A stretch of DNA of 64,000 nucleotides, taken from contig CAZBBK010000003.1 of assembly GCA_964490075.1 (NCBI GenBank), positions 1 to 64,000 of the forward strand, in the 5' to 3' direction. The notes under the pieces were generated by a model that worked only from the letters and a program-made list of their open reading frames with translations, was not told the DNA's origin and made no database searches. The stretch is from an uncultured Gemmatimonadota bacterium (GTDB lineage Bacteria > GCA-2686955). Positions 35,016 to 47,849 of this stretch are shown here, piece by piece (the first letter of the stretch is position 1; each line of letters begins with the position of its first letter). The position numbers and the translations under genes were made by a program.

Positions 35016-38000
35016 ATGCGTCGCCGCGGCACCGGAAGCGGTCGGGCGCCGCGTGTGTTGCTGGCCGCCGTCGTCTTGGTGGCCGCCCTCGATATCCCAT
35101 CGGCCGCGGGAGAGTCGGTGAATCTCTTGGAGAACGGCCACTTCACCTGGAAGTGGAACAGCGACCGGCCCTTCTGGTGGACGGGGGACGCCGCCACCGG
35201 CAACATCGACTATCGGCCACTCAACGAGACCCAAGATGAGCGACCGATCTGGATCGAGCCGGCGGAGGGCCACGATGCCCCGCCTTCGGTGCGTTTTGCC
35301 GACCTCTCCCCGGTCGTCGGCATCATGACCCAGTTCTTGTGCTATCGGCGCGATCCTCATCCGAACCCCGGCTATGGTCACTTGGGGACGCAGATGCCGC
35401 CCATGCAATGGGAGACCAGCCCACTCACGCTGCGCTTCTGGGCCAAGTACGATGCGGAGAGCTCGCCCGTCGATCCGCCGAAGCTGCGCATCGACGTGAT
35501 CGATCAGGACGCCGCCGACGGCTACACTGACCCGCCCAACTACTCTGTTTTCCAGACAGTTGGCAGCGAGTCGTGGACGCTCTACTCCCTCAGCATCAAC
35601 CCGGGAGTGCCACTCACGACGCTGGACGTTCGTCTCGGACTCGGCTTCAAGACCGAGGGTGTCGAGGTGCTCGTCGACGACGTCTCTCTTACCGATGAGC
35701 TGGAGTGGGAGGCGTGCGATCCGCTGACCACGCCCGAGGCGATCACCGGCAGCTTCCCGATCAAGATCGAAGACGATGGCTGGTTCAGCATTGCGGGCAA
35801 CGCGCTCTTCCCTTCGATCATGTACCTGGACAAACACTATGCCGATCCCTGCGAGGAGCTGACCGTCTTCAGGTCGCTCGGCCCGTACACCTACCACACG
35901 CCGCTTCCCTGCGACGATGAGCAAGGGACGATCGACGTCGAAGGACGAGGGTTCGATGCCGTGGTGGTGGCACCGAGTGTCGACCGTGTCTACGCCAGCA
36001 AGCGTGAGCTGGAGATCGCCCTGGAGAACGCACGCTGCGTGGGACTCCGCGGTGTGGCCTGGGTGCCCCTCTACCCCTTCAACGGGGACCCCGAGCTCAA
36101 CAAGTTCCCGATGCTCGACGCCCAGATCGAGGAATGGGCCGCGCATTTCGAGCTGCACGCCGGTCTGGCCGCATGGATCATCTCCGACGAGATGAGCGAT
36201 TTCGATGTGCAGGTCAAGGCGGTGCAACATCCGGTGACGAAGCTGATTCACGATGCCGAAAAGGCCCAGCCTCCGGTACGATGGCACCCAACCATCGGCA
36301 TCGTCTGCGAGGAGATGTTCCGAGCGCCCAAGACGTGGGACCTCATCGGAGACGGAAACCCCGGATGCAACAGCGGCGAAGGTGAGGGGGACGAGTTCAA
36401 CCGGCTGTGGGGCTGCACGACCGATGTCGTCCACGTGGCCGACGTGCTGGCGCCGAACGCCTATCCGCTGGTGGCCTGCTACCAGGAGCCGAGGGCCGAT
36501 GTGGCACACACGGTCGCGCAGCTCAAAGCCGCGATACGCTTCTGCGAGCACACGCCCGATCACCCCGAGTGCCTGGGCGGACCGCCGCCGGAGGAGTGGG
36601 CTCCTAGAGCGCTGGCGCCGATGATCCAGGTCTTTCCCTTTGCGCTCGATGGCGGCAAGATGCCGAATCCCAAGGAGACCTTCGAGATGGCCGCTCAGGC
36701 GATCGCCCAGGGAGCGACCTCGGCGATCTTCTATCGATCGGTACGGGCCGAGGACCTGTCCACGACCTCGACGGGGCTTCACTACGATCTGCTCGACGGC
36801 CAGTCCCGCATCGACTGGGATCAGGAGCAGACCTGCATGCCCGGCGAGACCCCGATCCGCGATCTGTGGGAACAGCTTCCGGAAATCAACGTCGCGCTGC
36901 ACGATGTGGCCGACATGATCCGCCAGGAGCGGCCGCAGGGGACGCGACAGGTGCTCTTCGGCCCGGGCGAAGAGGGGAGGGCGAAGTCGCAGGCGACGAC
37001 TACGGATACGTATGTGGATCAGGGGATGCCAATCACTCAATTTGGCAACAGCGAAGTCATTTCCGCCGGGCAGAGGAACTACAAGGACACCTCCGTGGAA
37101 GACCGGGCCGTCGCCCGTTCCTTCATCCGCTTCGAAACCGCCGAGCTGCCCGACCTGAATCCGGAGCATCTCGAGCGCGCCTACCTGCGGCTTCTGGTGC
37201 CGGTGCAGATGTACAACCAACGGGGGACCGCGTCGGATGAAGGTGGACTTAGGGCCGGTCCGTTGCGGTTGTGCGCTTCGACGATTCCGGCGGACTTCTA
37301 CGATTGGCAGGAGACCGGTGGAACCCCAGAGCACTTGGATTGGGAGACCTGGATGAACTGGACCAAGTTGCTGTCGCATCACGAGCAACCTCCCGGGTAC
37401 CTGAGCCACGGCTGGCTGGAAGAGACAGCGGAGCTCCCGATGTACCGGCCCTACACCACCGACATGGTCTGGAACATGTGGCAGTCGGTGGAGTTGGACA
37501 TCTCGGTACCGATGTATCGCTGGCTGAAGGAGAAGGCGGGAGTGATCGAGTGCAGGCCGGAAGACGAAGAACATGAGACGATCTGTTTCGACAACAAAGG
37601 CCTGCTGCTCTCTCCCTTCCGTCCAACCGGCGGCCACCGGGCCGGCGGCAAGCTCGACGACGCGCCACCAGCGAAGCCCGAGGACGACGCCCACGATGGC
37701 TTCGAGTATACCGTCAACTTCATCTCCTCCGATCATCCGAGCGCGATCTTCCAGCCTGGAGCGGTTCCGAACATCATCTACTTCACCAAGACCGACGCAT
37801 CGCTCGTCAAGCCCTTCGCCTTCCACGATCTCTCCAACGCAGAGACGGTGATGACGCGGCGGCTCGCTTCCGATCTGGCCGGCTACGCCTACGTGCTGGC
37901 GACCGAGATCTCCACCGAATCGGCCGTCCCGGTCTGCTCGACATGGCGATTGGCAACGCCGGCGGCCCAGATCGATCCGACGGTGCCGGTCAAGGTGCTC

Positions 38001-38240
38001 GACCCGCTGAAGGAGCCGGGCGATCCGGCGCGCGAGGTCGATTCGGTACTGTGGTCACTCTTCTCTCCCAAGCGTTTCACCGACAACACCGACACCTACG
38101 AGGAAGGCGACTGCGCGATGAGCGAAGCGGAGGATCTCAGCACAACCCCGGAGCGGGACGATCTGTACTTGCTGAACTGGGTACGTGACGAAGCAAACGA
38201 CCCCTCCGTCGTGGTCTTCAAGATCAAGCGGGCGCCATAA
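35016..38240 (+). CDS. Large secreted multidomain protein: CBM-like beta-sandwich, GH-like TIM barrel and DNRLRE-like domain
   Basis: Signal peptide; NLLENGHF..FWAKY..VDDVSL; AWIISDE, DVLAPNAYP, MIQVF, AIAQGA; DTYVDQ..P...FG...RSFIRF...RAYLRL; Cys-rich. Confidence 0.75.
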   Translation: MRRRGTGSGRAPRVLLAAVVLVAALDIPSAAGESVNLLENGHFTWKWNSDRPFWWTGDAATGNIDYRPLNETQDERPIWIEPAEGHDAPPSVRFADLSPVVGIMTQFLCYRRDPHPNPGYGHLGTQMPPMQWETSPLTLRFWAKYDAESSPVDPPKLRIDVIDQDAADGYTDPPNYSVFQTVGSESWTLYSLSINPGVPLTTLDVRLGLGFKTEGVEVLVDDVSLTDELEWEACDPLTTPEAITGSFPIKIEDDGWFSIAGNALFPSIMYLDKHYADPCEELTVFRSLGPYTYHTPLPCDDEQGTIDVEGRGFDAVVVAPSVDRVYASKRELEIALENARCVGLRGVAWVPLYPFNGDPELNKFPMLDAQIEEWAAHFELHAGLAAWIISDEMSDFDVQVKAVQHPVTKLIHDAEKAQPPVRWHPTIGIVCEEMFRAPKTWDLIGDGNPGCNSGEGEGDEFNRLWGCTTDVVHVADVLAPNAYPLVACYQEPRADVAHTVAQLKAAIRFCEHTPDHPECLGGPPPEEWAPRALAPMIQVFPFALDGGKMPNPKETFEMAAQAIAQGATSAIFYRSVRAEDLSTTSTGLHYDLLDGQSRIDWDQEQTCMPGETPIRDLWEQLPEINVALHDVADMIRQERPQGTRQVLFGPGEEGRAKSQATTTDTYVDQGMPITQFGNSEVISAGQRNYKDTSVEDRAVARSFIRFETAELPDLNPEHLERAYLRLLVPVQMYNQRGTASDEGGLRAGPLRLCASTIPADFYDWQETGGTPEHLDWETWMNWTKLLSHHEQPPGYLSHGWLEETAELPMYRPYTTDMVWNMWQSVELDISVPMYRWLKEKAGVIECRPEDEEHETICFDNKGLLLSPFRPTGGHRAGGKLDDAPPAKPEDDAHDGFEYTVNFISSDHPSAIFQPGAVPNIIYFTKTDASLVKPFAFHDLSNAETVMTRRLASDLAGYAYVLATEISTESAVPVCSTWRLATPAAQIDPTVPVKVLDPLKEPGDPAREVDSVLWSLFSPKRFTDNTDTYEEGDCAMSEAEDLSTTPERDDLYLLNWVRDEANDPSVVVFKIKRAP

Positions 38241-38252
38241 AGGAGGTGCATC

Positions 38253-40226
38253 ATGAGCGGACTGGTTGCGGCGGTATCGTCCGTGGGGCTCTCAATCCTC
38301 GTGCTCGGCAGCACCGTTCCGCCGACTCCGCGAGAGCTGTCGAGTGCCACGCTGGAGGCGAGGTGCCGGGCGCCCTGGATTCAGCGGCACTTTATTCCCG
38401 ATGGAGGGGTTAGCGGTGGAGGCCGCCTAGGAGCCACAACCGCTGGGGTGGTGTTCAATACCGGATTTCACACAGTTCAACACTGGATGCGAACGCCCGG
38501 CGGCCACCGATTCGTCGGTGCCACGGGCGTGCCGGGTTGGGCCGGCGAGATTAGCTTTGCGGATCGCACGGTGATCGTGGCCAGCTCTCAGGATGAAGGA
38601 CGACGGTGGGTCCGTGCCACCGGCTACGAGCTGTCGACACTGAGGTCTCGCGAGGCGCCGTGGACCTTGGTCGACGATCGCTGGTCGAGCAACGACACGC
38701 CGGTGGTGGCGATGGACGACCACGTGGTCGCGGCGTTCATCGACGACTCGATCGAGATCCACGATCGGCGCCGCCCACCGGGCGGGTCGCGGGTCGCCCG
38801 CATCGAGACCGTCGACCGGCGCGCGATCGGTGTGCTGGATCGCAACATCATCGGTGTGTCGGAATACGGCCTTTCGCATTTCGATGCCCGCGATCCCCAC
38901 CATCCGGTCCTGGTCGAGAGGCGTCCGGAGTGGGCCGGCGTCGCCATCGCGGTGGGGGAGGATGTGGTTTTCGTTGGCAGCAAAGAGAACGGGACAACCA
39001 CCGCGTTCTCCATCGACGGTGGCCGGCTGCAGGAGCGATCGACGATCTCGGCCTTCGCCCACGGAACGAGCACATCCGGCAATCTGCTCTATATTTCCAG
39101 GTGGCTTTATGATGTCTCAGATCTCGATCACATCGAGCAGCGGGCAAGAATCGGCCATGGAGGATCGCGCATTGTCGACACGGCGCTGTCCGGGAATCTG
39201 CTCCATATTGGCGTCTTGGAGCTGGATGGAATCCGCGTCGTCGACGTCTCCGACCCCTATCAACCGCGCGATCTCGACACGCTGCGCGTGAATCCGCTGT
39301 CCAGCTACGATCTCTCCGTCATCCAGGACCGCCTCTTTGTGATCAGCGGCAGCGAGACAATCGTGGCCTACCCCGGCGCGGGCATCTCGCGCCCCCCACT
39401 GGCCGAGCTCGAAGACCCGACCGGTTTCGGCTTCGACGAGTCGGAGGCGATGGGGGAGCTGCTCGTTACCTCCAGTTGGAGCTGGTCGGCCGACTCGACC
39501 GCGTTGCAGATCTGGTCGGCCGAGCTCGAGCGTCTGAGCTTGCTGACCCTCCCAGGGCGATCCGACACCCATCACCCGAGCCTCGACGCCGCCGGCACCT
39601 GGATCGCGGTGGAGCTCGACGGCCTGATCCACGTCGTCGATGCGGCCGATCCGGGTGCGCCGGCGGTCGTTTGTGTCGCCGAGGTGTCGCCAGCCGGGAG
39701 TTGGAGATACGAGCTCGCTCTTCACGACGGCTTGCCGCATCTCTTCGCCGCCGATCCTGGGGGCGTGCACGTCTACGACTGCTCCGATTCGGGAGGCCCC
39801 TACCATCGCGGCAGCTACCAGAACGGCGGCGATCTCAGAGTGGCGGCGGCGCGTGACGGGCGGGTGGTGGTCTTTGATCACGAGGATGTGGGCCAGGTCG
39901 TGCACCTGCTCGACTGGTCGGATCTGGCCAGCCCAACTCCGACGGACATGCTCTGGATGCGCGATCTCTACGGCGCGATCACCTGCACGCTGCCGCTGGA
40001 GAACCAGTTGCTGATGCTCGACGAGCATTCGCTCCTGGAGAGCCACGCCATCGAGAAGGGTCGTTTCGGCAAACGGGTGCAGATGCCGGTGGCCGGTGGG
40101 ATGCGCTTCGACCTGACCGCGGATGTGCTGCGAGTCTTCTACCCGTACGGCGTCGCCGAGTACGTCGTCAACCCCGGCGGGGCGCCGCCCTTCTCGTGCG
40201 TCGGCCGCGAGGCGAGCAGCGAGTGA
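38253..40226 (+). CDS. Secreted LVIVD-repeat (beta-propeller-like) protein
   Basis: AAGGAGG RBS; signal peptide; repeats GIRVVDVSDPYQP, IHVVDAADPGAP, GVHVYDCSD, VHLLDWSDLASP. Confidence 0.78.
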   Translation: MSGLVAAVSSVGLSILVLGSTVPPTPRELSSATLEARCRAPWIQRHFIPDGGVSGGGRLGATTAGVVFNTGFHTVQHWMRTPGGHRFVGATGVPGWAGEISFADRTVIVASSQDEGRRWVRATGYELSTLRSREAPWTLVDDRWSSNDTPVVAMDDHVVAAFIDDSIEIHDRRRPPGGSRVARIETVDRRAIGVLDRNIIGVSEYGLSHFDARDPHHPVLVERRPEWAGVAIAVGEDVVFVGSKENGTTTAFSIDGGRLQERSTISAFAHGTSTSGNLLYISRWLYDVSDLDHIEQRARIGHGGSRIVDTALSGNLLHIGVLELDGIRVVDVSDPYQPRDLDTLRVNPLSSYDLSVIQDRLFVISGSETIVAYPGAGISRPPLAELEDPTGFGFDESEAMGELLVTSSWSWSADSTALQIWSAELERLSLLTLPGRSDTHHPSLDAAGTWIAVELDGLIHVVDAADPGAPAVVCVAEVSPAGSWRYELALHDGLPHLFAADPGGVHVYDCSDSGGPYHRGSYQNGGDLRVAAARDGRVVVFDHEDVGQVVHLLDWSDLASPTPTDMLWMRDLYGAITCTLPLENQLLMLDEHSLLESHAIEKGRFGKRVQMPVAGGMRFDLTADVLRVFYPYGVAEYVVNPGGAPPFSCVGREASSE

Positions 40227-40333
40227 GTGCCGGGCAGGAGCGGGCGGCGCGAAGAGAGGCAGCGCGACGAGTCGCGGCGGATCGAAGAGAGGTGGCTCGA
40301 TGGGCGCGTAGGGCGGAGCCGTCTGCCTCGCTG

Positions 40334-40475
40334 GCGGTCATCCTGGTCGCCTGAGTCGGCTCAGGAAGCCGTTTGGGTCGCTGGGCGGTCAAACTGGAGG
40401 CCTGAGCCCGCTCAGGCGGTGTTTCTGGTCGCTTCTTGGTCGATTCGCGTGTCTGAGTCGGCTCAGGCCGTTCTT
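40334..40475. repeat. Second array (three units) of the 51-bp CTGAG-N4-CTCAG repeat family, in reverse orientation to 1-270
   Basis: Cores at 40351, 40402 and 40453 (51-bp period); GCGGTC and CTGGTCG flanks match the reverse complement of the units at 1-270. Confidence 0.85.
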
Positions 40476-40500
40476 TGCGCCTTTGCGCCTTGGCGCGAGA
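40473..40500. repeat. Short octamer repeat CTTTGCGC x3 (CGCAAAGG-type intergenic repeat)
   Basis: CTTTGCGC CTTTGCGC CTTGGCGC GAGA. Confidence 0.7.
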
Positions 40501-40894
40501 TCTTCTGGCTCAGGCTCCACGACCGCCGCAACGCCGCGCACCGGTGGTGCGGAAAGACGCGCGCGCCTGGTGATCCGGACGCGGATCGTGATCGGCACTG
40601 GGCGCTCATCCAAAGGGCGGAGGGACCGGCGACGGCCCGAGCGCCCTGCCGTGCGGTCTTTCCCGAGGCGGGGGGCGATGCCGCGTCTCTCGACGAGGAA
40701 GGGCCAAGGTCTGTCCCCCAAAGGGGGCCACTCCGAAATGTCGTGACGACGGTCATCGGAAAGGGGCCCCCTCCATCGAAGCCTCGACGCGCCGCCCCGA
40801 TCCTTGCACCCCCCGGGGCCCTCTGGTACGTTGCGGGGTTCCGCCCGGGTGCGGCCCGGGGTCCGTCCAACCCCATCGACGGTAGCTGAACGCC

Positions 40895-43960
<3,066 letters not shown>

Positions 43961-44009
43961 CCTGGCGGAGCCTGAGCCGGGAAGATCTCGCGCGGGATCC
44001 TCCGCCAGG
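43961..44009. terminator. GC-rich hairpin between convergent secA and rqcH (possible terminator)
   Basis: CCTGGCGGAG...CTCCGCCAGG 10-bp inverted repeat directly after the secA stop; no clear U-tract. Confidence 0.4.
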
Positions 44010-44044
44010 ATTGCGCAGGTTCTCGTTGGGAAGGTAGGGACGCG

Positions 44045-45724
44045 TCAGTGCCGGTACCCCGCCGGCAGAGCCGGAGCGACGAAAGTCACCACCTCGCGCT
44101 TCATGAATACGAGCCCGGACTTGGCGCCCTTGGGTTTGCGCACGTGGCGCTTGGCCGCGTGGGCCACCGGCACCAGGCGCGATCCACGGGCTTTCGAGTG
44201 GTAGGCGGCGATCGCCGCGGCCGCCTCGATGATCTCCTTGGGCGGACGTTCCTTGTGCTGGGCGCAGCGCAGCACCACGTGGGAGCCGGGGCAGCCGCGG
44301 GCGTGAAACCACAGATCCGACATGTGGGCGACCTTCTGGGTGAGCAGGTCGTTGTCTCGGGCGTTGCGGGCGGCCAGCACCAGCCAGTCCCCCGGCAGCA
44401 GATAGCGCCGCCAGCGCGGATCGTTCTCGCCGAGCATCCCCTTTTTGCGGCGGCGCGGGGCGGGTGAGGGCTTCGTGCGGGCGTCTCCTCCGGTCCGGCT
44501 CCGACCCAAGCGGGGCGCCAGGGTGGCCAGGGGGCGGAGCTCTTCGGGCGTGCTCGCGCTCTCGGCGAGCTCGCGCAGGCGCTCCAGGCGAGCCAGCTCG
44601 TCGCCGCACTCCGCCAGTCTGCGTCGCGCGTGCGCCTTGCCGTCCGCCGCCTTGCGAGCCTCTTTGAAGGCACGCTCGGCGTTGGCCGCCGGATCGAGGG
44701 CGGGGTCGAGGGGGACGTCGATCGACTCGCCGCTGTGGTGGTCGATCAGGGCTGCCTGCGTCATGCCGCGCGAAAGTGTCGGCAGGGCCGCCAGGATCGC
44801 TTCGCCCCGGCGCCGCAGCAGCTCGCTGCGAGCGGCCCGTTCGATGTCGTCCTGCAGGTGGCGACGGCGACGGCGCAGTTGCTTGTCGCGCCTGCGGATC
44901 ACCCGCAAGGCCTCCTGGCGCCCGCTCTCGACGAGCCGCCGGGCCAGCGCCTCGGCGCCGCGCATCGCTCCCGCCGCCACCGGGTCCGCGGCCTCCTCGC
45001 TGGGCGCGGCCTCGAGATGGGCCAGCAAGATGGGAGACCAGAGGGTCGCGTCGTCCGGCGTCGCGTAGAGATAGCCCGCGGTGCTCGCGGCCGCGCTCGA
45101 CTCCAGCGCGTCGAGGGTGTCGAGCAAGGGCCGTGGAAGCTCGCTCAGCTCGGCGCGCCGATCGATGCCCGAGCGGTGCAATGCCTCGTGCATGAGCAAC
45201 GCCGAGGCGCCGGGGCGTGCCCGCCGCAGCCGGTCGAGGGCGCCCTCCCTCGGCGTGCGGGTCGGCGGGCGGAGGGCGGACGCCGGCTCCGCGCGCCGCG
45301 GCCGGCCGATCTCGGCCAGCGTCATCTCGCCCGCGCGCAGGATCGCCCCGCTGCGCTGGCCCGCCGCGACGAGATCCAGCGTCGCCGAGCCGATGCTGCG
45401 CGACTGCGTCTCGATGCGCAGGGTGCGCTCTCCCGGCAGCGACTCGATGCCCTCGATCCGTGCCCCTTCCAGGGCGGGGCCGAAGGCGCGGTCGCGCTGT
45501 CGATCGACCAGCGGGGGATCGATCGGCGCGGCCGACGCGAAGAGCAGCGCGCGACCCGGCCAGGCCGCCAGCAAGAGCTCGGGACGCATCCCGGCGGCGT
45601 CGCGCAGGCGCAGCAAGAGGATCTCGTCCCCGAGCCTCTCGATCGCGTGCAGGCGCTTGCCGACCCATCGTGGGGCCAGGGCGCGCGCCAGTGCGTCGAC
45701 GAAGATCTGATCGATTCTGAACAT
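44045..45724 (-). CDS. rqcH: NFACT/RqcH (FbpA-like) ribosome quality-control factor
   Basis: Coiled-coil LDP...P..NA...F, NFACT-R domain RNARDNDLLT...DLWFHARGCPGSHVVL...AAYHSKAR...VRKPKG. Confidence 0.88.
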   Translation of the reverse strand: MFRIDQIFVDALARALAPRWVGKRLHAIERLGDEILLLRLRDAAGMRPELLLAAWPGRALLFASAAPIDPPLVDRQRDRAFGPALEGARIEGIESLPGERTLRIETQSRSIGSATLDLVAAGQRSGAILRAGEMTLAEIGRPRRAEPASALRPPTRTPREGALDRLRRARPGASALLMHEALHRSGIDRRAELSELPRPLLDTLDALESSAAASTAGYLYATPDDATLWSPILLAHLEAAPSEEAADPVAAGAMRGAEALARRLVESGRQEALRVIRRRDKQLRRRRRHLQDDIERAARSELLRRRGEAILAALPTLSRGMTQAALIDHHSGESIDVPLDPALDPAANAERAFKEARKAADGKAHARRRLAECGDELARLERLRELAESASTPEELRPLATLAPRLGRSRTGGDARTKPSPAPRRRKKGMLGENDPRWRRYLLPGDWLVLAARNARDNDLLTQKVAHMSDLWFHARGCPGSHVVLRCAQHKERPPKEIIEAAAAIAAYHSKARGSRLVPVAHAAKRHVRKPKGAKSGLVFMKREVVTFVAPALPAGYRH

Positions 45725-45796
45725 GGCGGCGGTCCGGCGGGGATGCCTCGCGCGGCGCGGCACGATTCCGGTGGTGGACTATGGGCAAGGACCTCT

Positions 45797-45826
45797 TTGA
45801 CACACGACGCGCGAGAGCCGTAGAAT
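45797..45826 (+). promoter_or_regulatory. sigma70 promoter of the yicC-gmk-rpoZ operon
   Basis: TTGACA-N18-TAGAAT. Confidence 0.75.
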
Positions 45827-45880
45827 AGCGAATTTGTCTGTGGGAACCCCTGCCTTCCGAACCTCCACCACCTCGGTCTG

Positions 45881-46774
45881 ATGGAATCGTCCCAAACCTC
45901 CAACGCGCCTCTGCGCAGCATGACCGGCTTCGGCCGCGCCGATCGCTCAGGCCCCCAGGCGACCGTGGAGCTGGAGATCAAGGGGGTCAACCACCGCTAT
46001 TGCAACGTGCAGGTTCGCCTGCCGCGCGAGCTGGCGGGCCTGGATCGCGAGCTGGAGAGCAGGATCCGCGCCCGCGTGCGGCGCGGTCGCGTCGATCTCA
46101 GCGTGACCCTTTCCGGCGCCGGCGAGTCCAGACTCGGCATCCCGCTCGACCAGGCGGCGCGGCTGGCCGGCGAGCTGCGCGAGCTGACCAACCGCCTGGA
46201 GCTCAGCGGTCCCCTGACCCTCGACCATCTGCTCGGTGTTCCGGCGCTCTTCCAGAGCCGAGACCTGGACCAGGAATGGGCCAGGGAGACCTGCCTGGAG
46301 CTGCTCGCCGAGGCGCTCGATCTCTTCGATGCCTCGCGCTCGCGCGAGGGCGAGGCTCTGGCTCGGGTGATGGAGGAGCAGGGCCGTGCCCTGGGCGATC
46401 TCCTGTCCCAGGTGCGGCAGCTCGCCCCGCAGCGCAACGAACGCTTCGAGGCTCGGCTCCGGGAGAGGGTGAAGCGCCTGGTGGCCGACGCACAGGTGGA
46501 CGAATCCCGCCTTCTGCAAGAGGTCGCCGCGAACTCCGAGAGGCTCGACATCGCCGAGGAGTGCGACCGCATCGAGGCCCACCTGGCCGCCCTGCACGAA
46601 ACGCTGGCGGCCGGAGGAGCGGTGGGCCGGCGGCTCGATTTCCTGGCTCAGGAGCTGCAGCGCGAATGCAGCACCATCGGCTCGAAGGCCTTCTGCAAGG
46701 AGATCGCGGTGCTGACCGTGCGCATGAAAGAGGAAGTCGAGCGGCTTCGCGAACAGGCGCAGAATCTCGAATGA
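45881..46774 (+). CDS. yicC: YicC/YloC family endoribonuclease
   Basis: RSMTGFGR, GVNHRY, RGRVD, DIAEE, GRRLDFLAQEL.RE..TIGSK, REQAQNLE. Confidence 0.95.
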   Translation: MESSQTSNAPLRSMTGFGRADRSGPQATVELEIKGVNHRYCNVQVRLPRELAGLDRELESRIRARVRRGRVDLSVTLSGAGESRLGIPLDQAARLAGELRELTNRLELSGPLTLDHLLGVPALFQSRDLDQEWARETCLELLAEALDLFDASRSREGEALARVMEEQGRALGDLLSQVRQLAPQRNERFEARLRERVKRLVADAQVDESRLLQEVAANSERLDIAEECDRIEAHLAALHETLAAGGAVGRRLDFLAQELQRECSTIGSKAFCKEIAVLTVRMKEEVERLREQAQNLE

Positions 46775-47448
46775 GCGCCCTCGACGACCGGCGGCGCCCA
46801 CCCGCGCGCGGAGCCTTCGAGCTGCGCGCTCGAGGCTTTCCAGTGGTTGTGTCCGCGCCCTCGGGCGCGGGAAAGAGCTCGATCTGTCGCGGCGTGCTCG
46901 CCGAGTTGGACGATGCGCGCTATTCGGTCTCGGTCACGACCCGGACGCGGCGTCCCGACGAGGTCGACGGGCAGCACTACCATTTCGTCGATCGGCCGGA
47001 ATTCATGCGCCGAGTCGAGGCCGGTCGTTTCGTCGAATGGGCCGAGGTGCACGGGCATCTCTACGGCACCGACTCCGGAATCGTTCGCGAGGCGTTGCGG
47101 GGCGCCCGCGCGGTGCTGCTCGACATCGACGTTCAGGGAGGGGCGCAGCTGAAGGCGGCAATCCCCGAGGCGGTCTCGGTGTTCGTTCTGCCGCCCTCGT
47201 GGGACGAGCTGCGGCGGCGCTTGCTGGGGCGCGGCGACGAGAGCGCCGAGGCGGTGCGCCTGAGGCTGCGCAACGCCCGCGACGAGCTGGGCCACCTGGG
47301 GTCCTACGACTACATCGTTTTGAATGACGACCTGGCGCGGGCCACGCGCTCGGTCGTCGAAATCATTCGCAGCGAAGGTTGCCGGGAGAGCCGCATCCAG
47401 GTGGATGGGCTCGATGCTCCGGCGGACCGGGCGCTGACAGGAGGCTAA
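46771..47448 (+). CDS. gmk: Guanylate kinase
   Basis: SAPSGAGKS, SVSVTTR.R..EVDG.HY.F, EWAEVHGHLYGT, DIDVQG. Confidence 0.97.
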   Translation: MSALDDRRRPPARGAFELRARGFPVVVSAPSGAGKSSICRGVLAELDDARYSVSVTTRTRRPDEVDGQHYHFVDRPEFMRRVEAGRFVEWAEVHGHLYGTDSGIVREALRGARAVLLDIDVQGGAQLKAAIPEAVSVFVLPPSWDELRRRLLGRGDESAEAVRLRLRNARDELGHLGSYDYIVLNDDLARATRSVVEIIRSEGCRESRIQVDGLDAPADRALTGG

Positions 47449-47450
47449 GC

Positions 47451-47849
47451 ATGGAGCGCGAGGCGAAGCTCAACGAGCTCAAGGACAAGTACGAAGCGAT
47501 CATGGTGATCTCGAAGGAGGCGCGACGGATCAACAACCGTCTGCGCGGACAAAACGTCGACTTCAAGGTCACCAGCCTGGCCGTCGAGCGCTTCCTGGAC
47601 GGCAATGTCAAGTGGGAGTACTGGGAGGCCCCGGAGCCGACCGAGGTCAGCATCGACGCGGTGGAAGGAATGGCCCATTCCGCCACCGCCGCCGGCCTGG
47701 CCGGGGCGATCGAGGCGGCCGCGGCGGCTCACGAAGCGGAGGAGCCCGAAGTGCCGATGGAGGAGCTGGCGGTGGAGATCGCCGCCGCCGCGGCCGAGGC
47801 CACGGAGGAGAGCGAGGAGATCCAGGTCGAGGGCGGCGACGCTTCGTGA
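47451..47849 (+). CDS. rpoZ: RNA polymerase omega subunit with an acidic C-terminal extension
   Basis: DKYEAIMVISKEARRIN...KVTSLAV; position between gmk and coaBC; AGGAGG RBS. Confidence 0.8.
   Translation: MEREAKLNELKDKYEAIMVISKEARRINNRLRGQNVDFKVTSLAVERFLDGNVKWEYWEAPEPTEVSIDAVEGMAHSATAAGLAGAIEAAAAAHEAEEPEVPMEELAVEIAAAAAEATEESEEIQVEGGDAS

Noticed and set aside
40389..40721. Selenoprotein made of UGA-containing 17-aa repeats
   Set aside because: The TGA codons align with Arg (CGA), not Cys, in the other copies. No credible SECIS, RBS or coding signal was found.
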